Origin: Camelus ferus
Lineage: Eukaryota
NCBI RefSeq assembly: GCF_009834535.1
Contig: NC_045697.1
Location: forward strand, 13,022,001-13,086,000
Direction of reading: 5' to 3'
DNA length: 64,000 bases
Shown: positions 37,250-52,030 of the stretch, in pieces
How the letters are laid out: each line of letters starts with the position of its first letter
Position numbering within the stretch: position 1 is the first letter of the stretch
The notes under the pieces: generated by a model
Told to the model about the DNA's origin: nothing
Database searches by the model: none
What the model saw: the letters and a program-made list of their open reading frames with translations, nothing else
Made by a program: the position numbers and the translations under genes

Positions 37250-38250
37250 AGTCAACTTTTAAAAACAAATTCAAGTAATTTTAGATTTAGAACAAAGTAC
37301 AAAATACAGCATAGCAAAGTACAGATAGTTCCTATATACCCTCACTAAATTTTCTCTACAGCTAAGACTTCATGTTAACATTGCACAGTGGTACATTTGC
37401 CAAGACTAACGAACCAACAATGTGTTACTATTAACTAAACTATACGGCTTATTAGGGTTACACTATTTTCCCACCAATGTGTGTATTTTTTTTTTAAGAG
37501 TCCTTTCCCCATTTTACATTTAGTTGTCATGTCTTCTTACCCTTCTCTTGTTTTGAAGATTTTGACAGTTTTGAGGAGTGCCAATCAAGTATTCTGTAGA
37601 ATGTCCTCAGTTTGGATTTGCATGATATTCTTCTCATAGTTAGCCTGGGTTTATGGGCTTTGAGGAGAAGACCAGAGGGAAGTGCCATTCTTATCATATC
37701 ATATCAAGGGTTCATACTATTAACACCTAACATGATTAGCTGCCTGAAGCAATCTTTGTAGAATGTCTTCACTATAAAGCCACTTTATCTACTTGCCATA
37801 CATTATTCATTGGAAGTAAGCCACTCAGTGCAACCCACATTCAAAGTGTTGGGGGTTTTAAGTTTACTTCCTTGAGGGAGACTAACTACATGAACTATTG
37901 GGAATTCTTCTATATGAAGGATTTGTCTATTCTCCCACATTTATTTATTTATCAGTCATTTATTTACATCTGCATGGGTTTATGGAAATATTTTGGATTA
38001 CAACCTAATAGTACATTATGTATCTTTTGGTCAAATTATTCTAGCTTTTGACAGCTGAAGCTCTTCCAGGTAGGTTCCTGTGTCCATTTGACATGGCCTC
38101 ATCCTTCCTGATTACTTCCTCAATTTCTGGCAACACAAGATGCTCTAGATTAATTTTGTGTAATTCTTGACCCAGTCCTGGGGTCAGTCATTTCTCTGGT
38201 TCCTTTTCTTGGAGAATAATATAAGAAACCAAAATCAAGGTTCTTGGGTA
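37250..38250 (-). mobile_element. L1MC/L1MD-like 3'UTR
   Basis: agtaattttagatttagaacaaagt...agtacagatagttcctatataccctcac...tttgacagttttgaggagtgccaatcaagtattctgtagaatgtcctcagtttggatttg. Confidence 0.8.
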
Positions 38251-39749
38251 TTTTTCATGTTTTGTTTCCTGAGTTGGATGGCCAGCTGTGTCATTACAAC
38301 ATCAAACTTCTTTCCACAGGATACATTTTTCCACTCCTCCCAGAACCGCCTTTATGCTTTGGCCTTTATATGTGATTTAATGGCACTAGTGTAGCCAAAA
38401 ACTGAGCTAGTTATAATATTAATGCCTTATGTCTTGCCCTACACCACTGCCAATGCTGAGCCTTACCAATAAAGCGAAGCTGGCTTCCCCATTCTTGCCC
38501 ATATCTTCCTGAGTTTCATTCAGTTTTTTTTCTCTCAGTTCATCTATCTTTTCTGTAATTCCAACTTATGACTGAGTACCAACACGTTCAACTTAGAGCC
38601 CTTTTGTACAGTAACAAGCAATAAAATCATCCTTGTGGGGGCCTGGCTACAAGGTGAAGGTTTTTGGAAAGTATACACAGATAAAGTTATTTTGCAAACA
38701 CAACCATTAGGAAAGTCCTTACTGAGTGCTTTGACCAAATTTATAGGAATCGTAGACCTATACATTTTTTTTTTTTTGTTTCTCTAGGTATGAGAAGTTC
38801 TCTGAATAATAGTGTTTTAAAAGGCAGAAACAAAATTTGAAGCAGTAAATCGAAATAATACTAGGTTAGTTGGAAATGCTGTTAAAAATTTTAGTTTACT
38901 TTTTTTTATGTTAAAACTTCATATGAGTTATAATCAGCAGATTAAAAAAATTAAATAGCACCCAATAAGAATGATGATGCCCAATGGAAACTTCGTATTT
39001 ATGCAAAGCTTACATTATTCCCAACAGCCCCTTTTAGAAGTTTCATGACGTGATAAAGGATACTTCCAGTATTTCTGTGGATGACTGTCAAAACCAGGCC
39101 ACTCTCAGTTGTCTATGTTGGTTCACATAATTAGAAAATTAAAACTATCCTTTACCAAGAGATTATTTTCCTGGAATTCTTGAGAAGCTGCAGTGATTTA
39201 AAAATTTTCAAAATCACTCGAGACCTCCCCCCTTGAAGATATTTATTGGCCATCATTTTTTTCCAAAATTTTCTATTTTCTTTTCTGAAAGAGATATATT
39301 GGTTTTGCCCAAATCAGTCAACTTCAGTGGAAAGAAAGGTAACAATACACATGTGACATGTACAATGGTTGTCTTACAGAAAAGTATACTTGAGTTAAGT
39401 ACCATTGCTGAAATTGGGTCAAAATGTTCAAAATTCAACAATCTAGTTTCTTATTTGATAAAACAGACATTTCAAATAATAGCTATAATTCAATTTCAGG
39501 AGAGAAAACCTTTATTTGCTGGGTCATTGGTATTTTCCTTTTCCTCCTGGCTAAATGCAATGATGAATTTTTGTTACGTTTCAATAGATACATTTTACAT
39601 AGTGCCTGAAGTGGCCCATGGGAAGAATGTACAGAAGAGAAAATACGATGGTGAAGTGAAGATTTTTATCTCTTACTGCCTTATATAGACGTTTCTCACT
39701 AGGTTGGCTTCAATATGCATTAGTGAAAACTTCCTTCAACACCAATAGA

Positions 39750-39990
39750 GAACAGTGGTTAGTACCATGAGTTCAGGTTCCAATTCAGGTTTCCAGTCTA
39801 GACTCCCTCACTTACCAGCCCTGCTACTTTGGGCAAATTACTTAACCTCTCACCTGGCAAGTGGAACCAACACAAATGTAAGTAGCTTCATAAGACTGCG
39901 TTATCCTTCATAGGAGCTTAATTGCAAAGCATTGAGCACAGTGCCCAATACATAAGGAGTGTTCACTAATTGTTAGATGCTAATATTTAC
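39750..39990 (+). mobile_element. MIR
   Basis: cacttaccagccctgctactttgggcaaattacttaacctctc...aaagcattgagcacagtgcccaatacataaggagtgttca. Confidence 0.75.
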
Positions 39991-40014
39991 TCACACAAGA
40001 GTTCAGATGAGCGC

Positions 40015-40500
40015 TGCAATGGTTAATTTTATTTGCCAATTTTACTGGAGCACCAGGTGCCCAGATAGTTAGTCAAATGTTATTCTAGGTATCTCTATTT
40101 TTGGATGAGATTAACATTTAAATAAGTAGACTGAGTGAAATAGATTGCTGTCCCCCGTGAGAGAGAGCCTCATCCAATCAGCTGAAGGCCTGGATAAGAC
40201 AGAAAGCCTGACCCTCTGCTTGGCTGCCTTGGAAATGTGACACCAGCAATTTTTAAAATTTTTCTTGCCTTTGGGCTCTAACTAAAACATCAGCTGTTCC
40301 TGGGCCTCTAGGCTGTCAGCCTTTGGACGAGAACCACACCATCCACTCTCCTGTGGTTCTCAGCCCTTTGGACTCACACTGAAACCACACCATCATCTCT
40401 CCTGGGTCTCCAGCTTGCAGACTCACCCTGTCAATCTTGAGACTTGTCAGCCTCCGTAATCACGTGAGCCAATTCATTATAATAAATCTCTTTCTGTGTA
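40015..40500 (+). mobile_element. MLT2 (ERVL) LTR
   Basis: tgcaatggttaattttatttgccaa...ggatgagattaacatttaaataagtagactgagt...catccaatcagctgaaggcctg...ctcctgggtctccagcttgcagact...cagcctccgtaatcacgtgagccaattc...aataaatctc. Confidence 0.9.
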
Positions 40501-40579
40501 TAAATAAGGATAAAATGGAGGAAAAAAAAAAGCTGAGATGTTAAAAAAGCCTAAGTGTGCTAATTTCTATGATGTTCTC

Positions 40580-40810
40580 TTCTGCTGTCATTCTTCCATC
40601 CGATGCTGACCTGTCAGTGTCACACAGTCATTAAAGAGCTGCCAGTGTTGGTGTCAATTTATAATTGGCGTAATCCTTATTGCTGACATGTCAATATTTA
40701 ACTTGCATTAACCTTTCCTTTGAGGCTGACAAATTGTGCATCTGTGGCTTGTTCAGTCTAATTTTTCATGCCATTGCCTTGCAAAGCATACAGATTTATA
40801 ATGTCACTGT
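40580..40810. promoter_or_regulatory. Candidate developmental enhancer (TGACA/TGTCA plus homeodomain cluster)
   Basis: Eight TGTCA/TGACA cores in ~220 bp including the palindrome TGACATGTCA (40684-40693), plus TAAT, TTTATA and TAATCC; non-repetitive; function inferred only. Confidence 0.5.
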
Positions 40811-42539
40811 GTGATGGATACAAGTCCCTCCTCTGCTTTGGAGAAGGGTTTCAACCCACTTAGATTATCCATCGGTTTATTTATTTATTTTTGGTTCCAC
40901 CCACCCCCTATTTTTACAGGCTTTTTGGTGAATTTACCTCCCCAAGGCCCATATTTTGAGGACGAATGGAAGGGTACCCCTGTCAGGAATCATTAATGTG
41001 CTGCCGCTAAGGCTCCTACACATTGTTCTGGCCTGTCTCACACAGAGCAGCCTTCATCTGTGTGTGCACGTTGTCGCTAAGAATTTGTTGACAGAAAATG
41101 GAGACGGGTGAAAGAAATTAGGTCAGAATAGTGTGTGGGACGCAAAGTGACATTCTTGTCAATTTTACCTAATCTCCAAGAACAGTTTGGTCAGGGTTAT
41201 AATTTCCTTAGGATGTGGACAGCTGAGACTTAAACTCAATTATTTCTATGTCTTTTTTTTTTTTTTTTTTTTTTTACTTTAGAGTTGTTCCCTTCCCCCA
41301 CTTCCCACTCGCTTTGGATACAAAAGGTGGACAAGTATCCAGGAATTCTTATTTGTGACTCTTACACCTGAATGCTAGGGATTGGGACTAAAGGAGTTTT
41401 GGAGGGCTGAGTCATCCCGAAGATGTTGAAAGACACCTTTGTGTAAGGATAAGAAGAATGACTTGCTGACAAACATTTCCTCCAAGATTCACAATGCTAT
41501 ATAAATGCTAAGCCACTCTCTCCACTTCACTGGAATGTTTTAGAACAATGATATTTATCCCACCTACCCCTAGCAAGTCCAGTACATTTATTTAAAACTA
41601 TCTAAGGTAAAGCTGAGATACACTGGATCTTATCTTTAGAGATGGATAGTTACTTTAATTTACATTTTATAGAAAGTTTGAAAAAAACCGAAAGAAACTG
41701 ACACTGAAATTTTATCTCAGTTCAGCAATTATTTATGTGCGTGCTATTAAAACGTAGCAGTCATTGTTCCATTTCTTGGATCCTAAATTCTCACATATTT
41801 AGAATGTCTTGAATGGTTTATGGAAATTAAAAATGGTTAATATGTGTGTTTGGAATAACACTGTATCTAATTCATTACTTATATACCTGGCTCTTTCTTG
41901 GTCCTAAACACCCCAAAGTAAAACTGATATTATGTCTTCAATTATTGCTAAAAATGATGTTTTTCTACTTCTTAATTTCCAAGCAACACATATTATCATA
42001 ATAAATTCAAAGACTCAAAAAGTGGTCTCAGATTAATCTTTGTCAATGCTAAGACAGTGTTGACAGACAGACATACAGTTAGGCTTTTTATCATAATGAA
42101 TCATGATAATTTGCTGACCAGAGAAAGCCATCCCAAACAAGCAAGCAAACAAATAAACAAATTCGAGCTAGATTATGTTTTATTCACTTCCCTTAACTAT
42201 AAAAATCTGCTCTTCAAACACTAACACTAGTGTCTATAGGAGCCTAATATATAAAATAGGTAAAAACAGAAAATCTTTACATGAAGTAAGGACTGTGTTT
42301 TAAAACCCAACTCATAAACAAACCCTTTTTCTAACCAAGTTCCTCCATATAGTCTTAATATCATGCAGAATTTAAAAACTCCAAATTTCACTCAACTCTT
42401 AGTTTTTAAGAGAGAAAATTACAAATAGAGAATATTGAGTTGCCCGATGTCAGACTTTAACCAGCAGAAATCTGATCTAACTTATAAGTCCATTAATAGT
42501 TTCAGTAGAACAGGTCAGGAGACTTCCATGCTGTCACAG

Positions 42540-43084
42540 GTTCATTTATCTATTCAACATAAAATTTAATATTCATTTTTTATGCATTAGACACTATTTC
42601 AGGGGCCAGGGATACAAAAATTTTCAATACAAAATTCTTATCTTCATAAAGTTTACATTTTATTGAAAGAAACAGGCAATAAATACCTGTCACTATGCAA
42701 TATAATGTTACTGATTTATAAAATAAAGTGAGAAAATGGAAAAGGTAACAGGAGATATAATTTTTGGTGAAGTTGCAAGAGAAGGATTTCCAGAAGCAAG
42801 AGTATTTGATTAGAAACCAGAATGGGATGGGGGAGTGCATTGTGAGGGAGAATATTTAAGGCATAATAAATAGCTCATATAAATGTCCTGAGTTTGGTGT
42901 GTTTTTGGCACCTTAAGAGCAGCCAAAAGGACAGAGGGTCTGGAGTGCAGTGAGTCAGGGGTGGGGGAGGAGGAAGAGATTAGGTTGGAGAGGGAGCTCT
43001 GAAGGCCATGGAGATCACTTCAGATTGATTTGAGTCTGGTGGGATACCATTTGATGGTTTGGATTGAGCGTGTGACATGTGACT
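42540..43084 (-). mobile_element. L2 (L2a-like) 3' segment
   Basis: ttcatttatctattcaac...agacactatttcaggggccagggataca...tggagtgcagtgagtcaggg...gagattaggttggagagg...ccatttgatggtttggattgagc. Confidence 0.8.
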
Positions 43085-43165
43085 TTCAATTGCATTCTTT
43101 CATCATGTAGCTGTCCAGTTTTCCCAGCTCCTCTTTCTGAAGAGGCTATCTTTTCTCTGTTGTAT
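43085..43165 (-). mobile_element. Isolated internal L1 ORF2 fragment
   Basis: Minus strand translates IQQRKDSLFRKRSWENWTAT, cf. L1 ORF2p [20 protein letters not shown]; no poly(A) or TSD. Confidence 0.8.
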
Positions 43166-44469
43166 CTCTGTCTGTTGGATGAAGGATGAACTACAGGGAG
43201 GTGAAGCCAGTAATGCTTATCTGTACTAATAAAGAATAATGCCAAGTTTTTTTTTTTAATGTTGTATAATATCATCTCCCTAAAGGCTTTCTGCACCGTT
43301 AATTGAATTTTTACAATTATTCTGAGACATAGGTAAACACATAGCATTAATTCCATTTAACAGATTGGAAGTTGAGCTTGTAAAGGAGGACATCAGGTAC
43401 TCATATTTCAAGAACGGTGCTTTATCAACCACAAAATAATGACTGTTTTACACTGATGGATTGGAAAGTTGGAAGCAAGTAGGAGAGAGAATGTGCTTCT
43501 ACTTAGAAGAGAAAGTGAAGATCAGCAGCTTTTTAATTCAATCAATACTTATTTATTATATATTATGTGCCAGGCACTGCATTAGACACTGGGGATACAG
43601 AGGTGGAAAAAGTCAATTCCTGCACTGACAAAGTTAGCTCTAGGATATAATAATAACCTTTAGTCTTTTATTCGTCTCTATATGCTAACCAATTTAGAAG
43701 TAGCACATGCTTTAATCTCCCTAATAATAGTATGCTATGGGTATAATTACAATCAACATTTCACACATAATTAAATTAAAGAGAAGAAAGACTAAACAAC
43801 ATATACAAGGTCACTCAGTATGCAATTTGTGAGCTTAAATTGGATTCAAGCCCCAGTTTAACTCCAAAGTCTGTTCCTTAAACTCTATGCTACTTTGACT
43901 CTTTTAACATTCTACATGTTTAAATGCTTCTTGCATTCTTCCCTCGGTTTTGTATCTCTTTTCTTATTTTTTGCTTATCTTGACATGTGACTGGTGATAC
44001 CGACCAAATGAGTTGGTGGATATAGAACTTCAATGGCCTTGAGCTGGTGTAGGCAAATGGGATCCAGAGTACTGCACAATACTGAGCTGCCATTAAAACC
44101 AAAATCATATACACACATGCACATGTATTGCCAATAGCACTGAACCCATCTAAGTCATTAGTTTTTCTTCAATTTCATGGGAAATCCCTTTTTCACAATC
44201 TCCTGTTACTGTTTCTCCAAAAGTTTTAGACAACCTGAGAGTAACATCAGCTTCCCAATTCTCTAGATTTCCCAAGTACACAGAAGATCAGCTAATTATA
44301 CACTGGCAGGACAAAATAAACTTCAAACTTAGTTAAAGGCTCCATAATTCAGAATATATCTCTTCCTTTCCAACCTGGGTATACTGAATAATGACCCATG
44401 AATTAGAACTCCAGGTGATTAGTGTTATTACTGAATATTTTAAATTTTATATAACTCTTGGGAGACAAA

Positions 44470-44685
44470 CATGTAAGAACATGGACTATGAACCTGAGTT
44501 TAAATGTCAGGCACACTGCTTCCTAGCTGTGTCTATAGAAAGTAAATAATTTAACTTTTCTGTACTTCAGTTTTCTCATTAGCCAATAAAGATAATAATA
44601 GTGCCTATCTTACAAAGTTGTTTTGAGAACTGAGTGAGTTAATAAAATGAAATAGTAAGTGCCATTTACATGACTACTATTATTT
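44470..44685 (+). mobile_element. MIR
   Basis: aacctgagtttaaat...ctgcttcctagctgtg...tttaacttttctgtacttcagttttctcatt...ataataatagtgcctatcttacaaagttgttttgagaac. Confidence 0.8.
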
Positions 44686-44781
44686 AATCTCAAACTTCAA
44701 AAGGTCTCTGTTAAAAAATCAATAGATGTTTTGATCATAGAAGGTTTTTAGACTAATGAAAATAACCACCATTTTGTACTT

Positions 44782-44972
44782 CATAGGTCAGAACATCTTT
44801 TCTGTAAAGGGCCAAAGCGTATTTCAGGCTTTGTAGACTGTACTCAACTCTGCTGTTGTAGCATGATGCAGCGACAGGCAATACATTAAAAAAAAAAAAA
44901 AAAAAAAAAGATGTGGCTGTGCTCAACGAAACTGTTTACAAAGACAGGTAGACAAGGTTTGCCAGCTCCTAG
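44782..44972 (+). mobile_element. MER58A MITE containing an A22 tract
   Basis: ttttctgtaaagggcc...ggctttgtag...tactcaactctgctgttgtagc...gtggctgtgctcaacgaaactgtttaca...gtttgccagctcct. Confidence 0.8.
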
Positions 44973-45519
44973 AGTATATAAATTTGCTAGGTGCTCTGCC
45001 AGGTACATTATATATTTTACTTTATTTAACTTTCAAAACAACATAATAAAGAAGGTGTTCTTATTATCTTCATGTTTATACATGAAAAAAATATCATCAG
45101 AAAAATAAAGTGTCTTCAGTCAAAGTTTTAGTATGTGCTCAAGGCAGCTTCAAACTCTGGTTTTTGTGTCTATTAAGCCAAGCTCTAGACCATTCAGTCA
45201 ATTATCTCCTCAAGTGGTAAAATATTATAACTTGATACCTTATCTAGAGTTGATTGATCATTTTAGCACTAAGAAAACAGTTAGCTGAAGGAAGGGAGCA
45301 CTGAAGTAGTATGTGTTGATGTGGAGAAGAATGACCCATGAATTAGAACTTCAGGTGATTAGTGTTACTGTTGGCAATAATATTGAGACTATTGTTTGAT
45401 ATTTCACTAAAATGAATACTGATTAGCCCCATAATCAGCTAAGCAGAAAATATTGACTAAAAATGGAAATTTTCTACATTTTTCTCCATCTGTAAAGTGG
45501 GCTAGTATAAAGTAGATAA

Positions 45520-48050
<2,531 letters not shown>

Positions 48051-48227
48051 CTCCTTATAGTCCTCAAAACATGCAACATTTCACAATCTTGATAGAATTT
48101 CAAGGATTTGTTGGGTAGCTTTTATCTTTTTCTTTTTCTTTTTTAAGTATTTTTTTTCCAGAGTGTTTTCCAAGAATTTTTTAAATTTCATTATAAAAAT
48201 TGTCACTTTTCTGATCAGTCAAGAGAT

Positions 48228-48440
48228 TAATTGTTCAATATTGTGGTCACTGGCAACAGGTGGCTACTTAAATTTAAGTTTTAATTAATTAAAATTAAAT
48301 GAAACTTAAAATTCATTTCCTCAGTCTCATTAACCACATTTGAAGTTCTCCAGAACCACATGTGGCTAATCACTATTCTTTGGACGATGCAAAGAAGAAC
48401 GATTTCCATTATCACAGAAAGTTCTATTGAATGATGTTAT
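48228..48440. mobile_element. MER3-like hAT MITE
   Basis: ttgttcaatattgtggtcactggcaacaggtggctactta...ttaaccacatttgaagttctc...ccacatgtggctaa...tttccattatcacagaaagttctattg. Confidence 0.8.
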
Positions 48441-49209
48441 TCTAAAGTTTTGCTTCATACTATTCTGACGTTAAAAATTCTGGGGCAGAACTGAAATTAA
48501 ATTTTGCTTTGTAGCCACCTGATCAGTTTTGCTAGATCAGCAAATTACCTGACAACTGCTATGGCACGACAACTCCCCAGATACCGTATATTTTATGCCA
48601 TCTCTGAAATAAGCAGATCATTGCCATGGCTCCTGCATTACAAAATATGAGCTAATGAGAAGTAATTCACTGGCAAAAGGCAGCACAAAACATGTGTTTG
48701 ATTAAAGCAACTCTTTTGTTAAAGATTCTAGTTACTTTGGAGTGTGGGGAGAGCTTGTGATGCAAGTCATTAACCCTTATTATGATGATGTACCTCTAGC
48801 CTTCAAATCAAATCCATGATATGGCTCAAAATGGGGGCGAATACACAGATGGGGAAAACCAATGATTCTTTTAAAGTCTTGAAGCTAGCAATTTACTTCC
48901 AGGCTTACTTCTTTTGGAAAAACAAAATGAATGAACAAATAAGCAATCATTTTTTCACGAGTGAAAGTAAGGTCAGTTAAACATCTGCTTTATTCTAGCC
49001 ACGTGGCACAATTTTCAGAGGAAGTTGCTGTGGCTGTAACCAGAATGTCAGAAAGGCTCACTTTCCAGCTTCAGTGGCTGTTGTGTTCATTTGATGGAAT
49101 TTTGCTTTCTGTGGCACTTATGCCAAAAACAAACACCAGGCTAGGAAACAGAAAGGAAGATCAAGAGCTAGGAGCTAAATATAGGTGAACTCTTCCTCTT
49201 TTTTCTTAT

Positions 49210-52030
49210 CAAATTAAAATTTTGTCAATTTTATTGTTCTTTTCAAAGAACCAACTTTTAGTTTGTTGATTTTGTCTACTATTCTTCCATTCAATATTTC
49301 ATTCCTTTCAATTTTAACTTTCATATTTTTTCCCTTCTGATTGGTTTGACTTTAATTTACTCTTAGGTACTAGTTTCTTGAGTCTGATGTTAAGTTTTTG
49401 ATATGAGGTATTTCTTCTTTTTTAATGCAGACATTTACAGCTATAGATTTCCCTCTAAGTTCTGCTTTAGTAGGACTCCATACATTTGGTATATTTTGAT
49501 TTCTTCTTTGACCACTGATTATTTTGGAGTGTGCTATTTAATTTCCACATATTTGTGAATTTCTGAAATTTCTTTCTGTTATTTATTTCTAACTTTATTC
49601 CATTTTACTCAGACCACATAAAAACTATTCCAAAACACAGAAAAGGCAGGAATACTCCTCATCTCGTTTTATGAAACCAATATCATACTGATATCAAAAA
49701 TAGAAGAAGATACCAGAAGAAAATAAAACTACAAATCAATTTCTCTTATGAATATAATATAAATATCCTTAATGCACAAAATAAAGAAACATATAACAGG
49801 GATAATATACCATGATAAAGTAGGGTTTATACCAAAAGTTTAAATTGAAAATGTAGGACAATATAATATGCTGTATTAACAGAATAAAAGTCAAAAACAA
49901 GATGATCATCTAAATAGATGGCAAGAAAATCATTTCACAATATCCAAAATATATTTCATGATAAAAAACACTCAAAAGATTATAAATAGAAGAAAATTTC
50001 CACAATTTGATAAAGACTATCTCGGAAAACACCACATCTAACATTATGCTTAGTGGTAAAAGTATAAATGCTTTCCCCTAATACCAGGAACAAAACAAAA
50101 ATGTCTCCTGTGATCACTTCAAAAATGTACTGGAAGTTATAGTTAGGGCAATTAGGCAAAAATGAAATAAAAGACATTCAGATTTGAAAAGAAGTAAAAC
50201 TATCTCTATTCACAGATGATATATCTTGTATATAGGAAATCCTAAGAAATCCTTCTCCTCATATCCACATACAACACACTGTTAGAACTAATCAATGAAT
50301 GCATTAAACTTACAGAATACAAGATTAATATTAAAAAATAAATTATATTTCTATACACTAGAAATGAATAATCATAAATTGAAATTCAAAAAATCAATTT
50401 CCAATAGCATAAAAATTATAAAATGCTTAGGAATACAATAACAAAAGAAATGTAAGTTCACTAAAAATTATGAAATTGTTAAAAGAGATTAAAGAAGAGC
50501 TAAATAAGTGGAAAGATAGTCCATATCCATGGATTGGAAAACTTAAGATGGCAATACTCTACAAAATGATCTGACCTCTATCAAAATGCTAGTTGTTTCT
50601 TATTGCAGAAATTGACAGACTGATCCTAAAATCCACATGGGGCACAGAATAGCCAAAATAATTTAAAAAAATCAAAATTGGAAGAATCATAATTCCCAAT
50701 TTAAAATCTCACTACAAAGCTGCAGTAATCAAAAGTATTTTTCACTGGCATAGAATAAACATTAATTCATGAAGTAGAATTAAGGGTCCTTTACATTTAT
50801 GATCATCAGATTTTTGACAAGGGTACCAAGATCATCCAATGAGGGTAAAGAACAGCCTTTTCAATAGATGATGAAAGGGACAAGTGGATTAAAAAAAAGA
50901 TATAACCCCACTTCACACTAATTACACAATCAACTTGCAGTGGATCACAGGTCTAAATGTAAAAGTTTAAACTATAGAACACTTAAAAGAAAACATAGGA
51001 CTAAATCTTTGGAGTATTGAATTTGGTAGTTCTTTCTTAGATATGACACCAAAAGCACAAACAACAAAAGAAAAAAATTCAGACCTCGTCAAAATTAATA
51101 ATTTTGGAGTTCACATGATGCTATCAAGAAAATTAAAAGACAACCCACAGAACTATAGAAAATATTTACAGATCATGTATCTGATAAGTATACAGTATCC
51201 TTATTAAATAAAAAAAAATGCAGGTGCACAAATAATCAACTAAAAATGGCAAAAGATTTGAATATATATTTATCCAAAGAAGATACAAAATATAGCAATA
51301 AACATTAAAAGATGCTCAATATTATTAGTCATTAGCAAAATGCAAGTCAAAACCACAATGAGATAGCAATTCCTACCCACTAGGATATCTATTGGAAGAT
51401 TCATACATTCCTGGTGGGGATATATAACAGAGCAGCTGCTTTGATAAGCAATTTGGTATTTCCTCTAAGATGATGGCAATAGTTTCCATATGACTCAGAT
51501 GTTCCATTTATATATACATATATACTCAATAAAATTGAAAACATACATTCACACAAAAACTCATACATGAATGTTCACAGCAGCATTGCTCATATTAGCT
51601 AAAAATTGGAGGAACTCAAAAGTCTATCAATTGATTAATGGATAAGTAAAATGTGGCATATTTGTACAATGAAATATTATATGACCATAAAAAGGAATGA
51701 AACATTGATAGATGCTAAAACAGATATGAACCTTGAAATAGTATGCTAAATGGAAAAAGCCAGACAGAAAATACCACTTGCTGTATGATATCATTTATTT
51801 GAAATGTCCCGAATAGGTAAATGTAAAGTAAGATTAAAGTAGATTTTCAGGGACTGTGGGAAAGAAGAATGAGGATTAACTATTAAAGGATACAATGTTT
51901 CCTTTGGAGGGATAAAAAATATTCTAAAGTTAATGAAGAAGTTTGCACAGTTCTGTGAGTATACTAATTTACCTCTGAACTATAAATGTCAAAAATATTG
52001 GGTTAAATGAATTGTATTCCAAGACTAAAA
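49210..52030 (+). mobile_element. Ancient L1 (L1MB-like) with a 5'-inverted segment
   Basis: 49210-~49620 antisense ORF2 (tttcaaagaaccaactt, reverse of KSWFFEK); ~49620-52030 sense RT region to 3'UTR (aaactattccaaaacacagaaaaggcaggaatactcc; aaaaccacaatgagatagca; atgttcacagcagcattg). Confidence 0.85.

Noticed and set aside
38764..38795. Strong polypyrimidine tract plus AG as a splice acceptor
   Set aside because: Mostly a T-run, with no credible exon downstream
39233..39688. 151-aa ORF in unique sequence
   Set aside because: Non-ATG start, no recognisable domain, AT-rich composition and no splice context; consistent with chance
41253..41275. T23 run as an orphan retro-insertion (likewise the A22 in MER58A at 44888-44909)
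   Set aside because: No TSD or element body; slippage expansion is sufficient
44390..45367. The 38-bp direct repeat as a CRISPR repeat or LTR pair
   Set aside because: Only two copies in eukaryotic DNA, with ordinary MIR/MER58A sequence between them; better explained as a templated insertion
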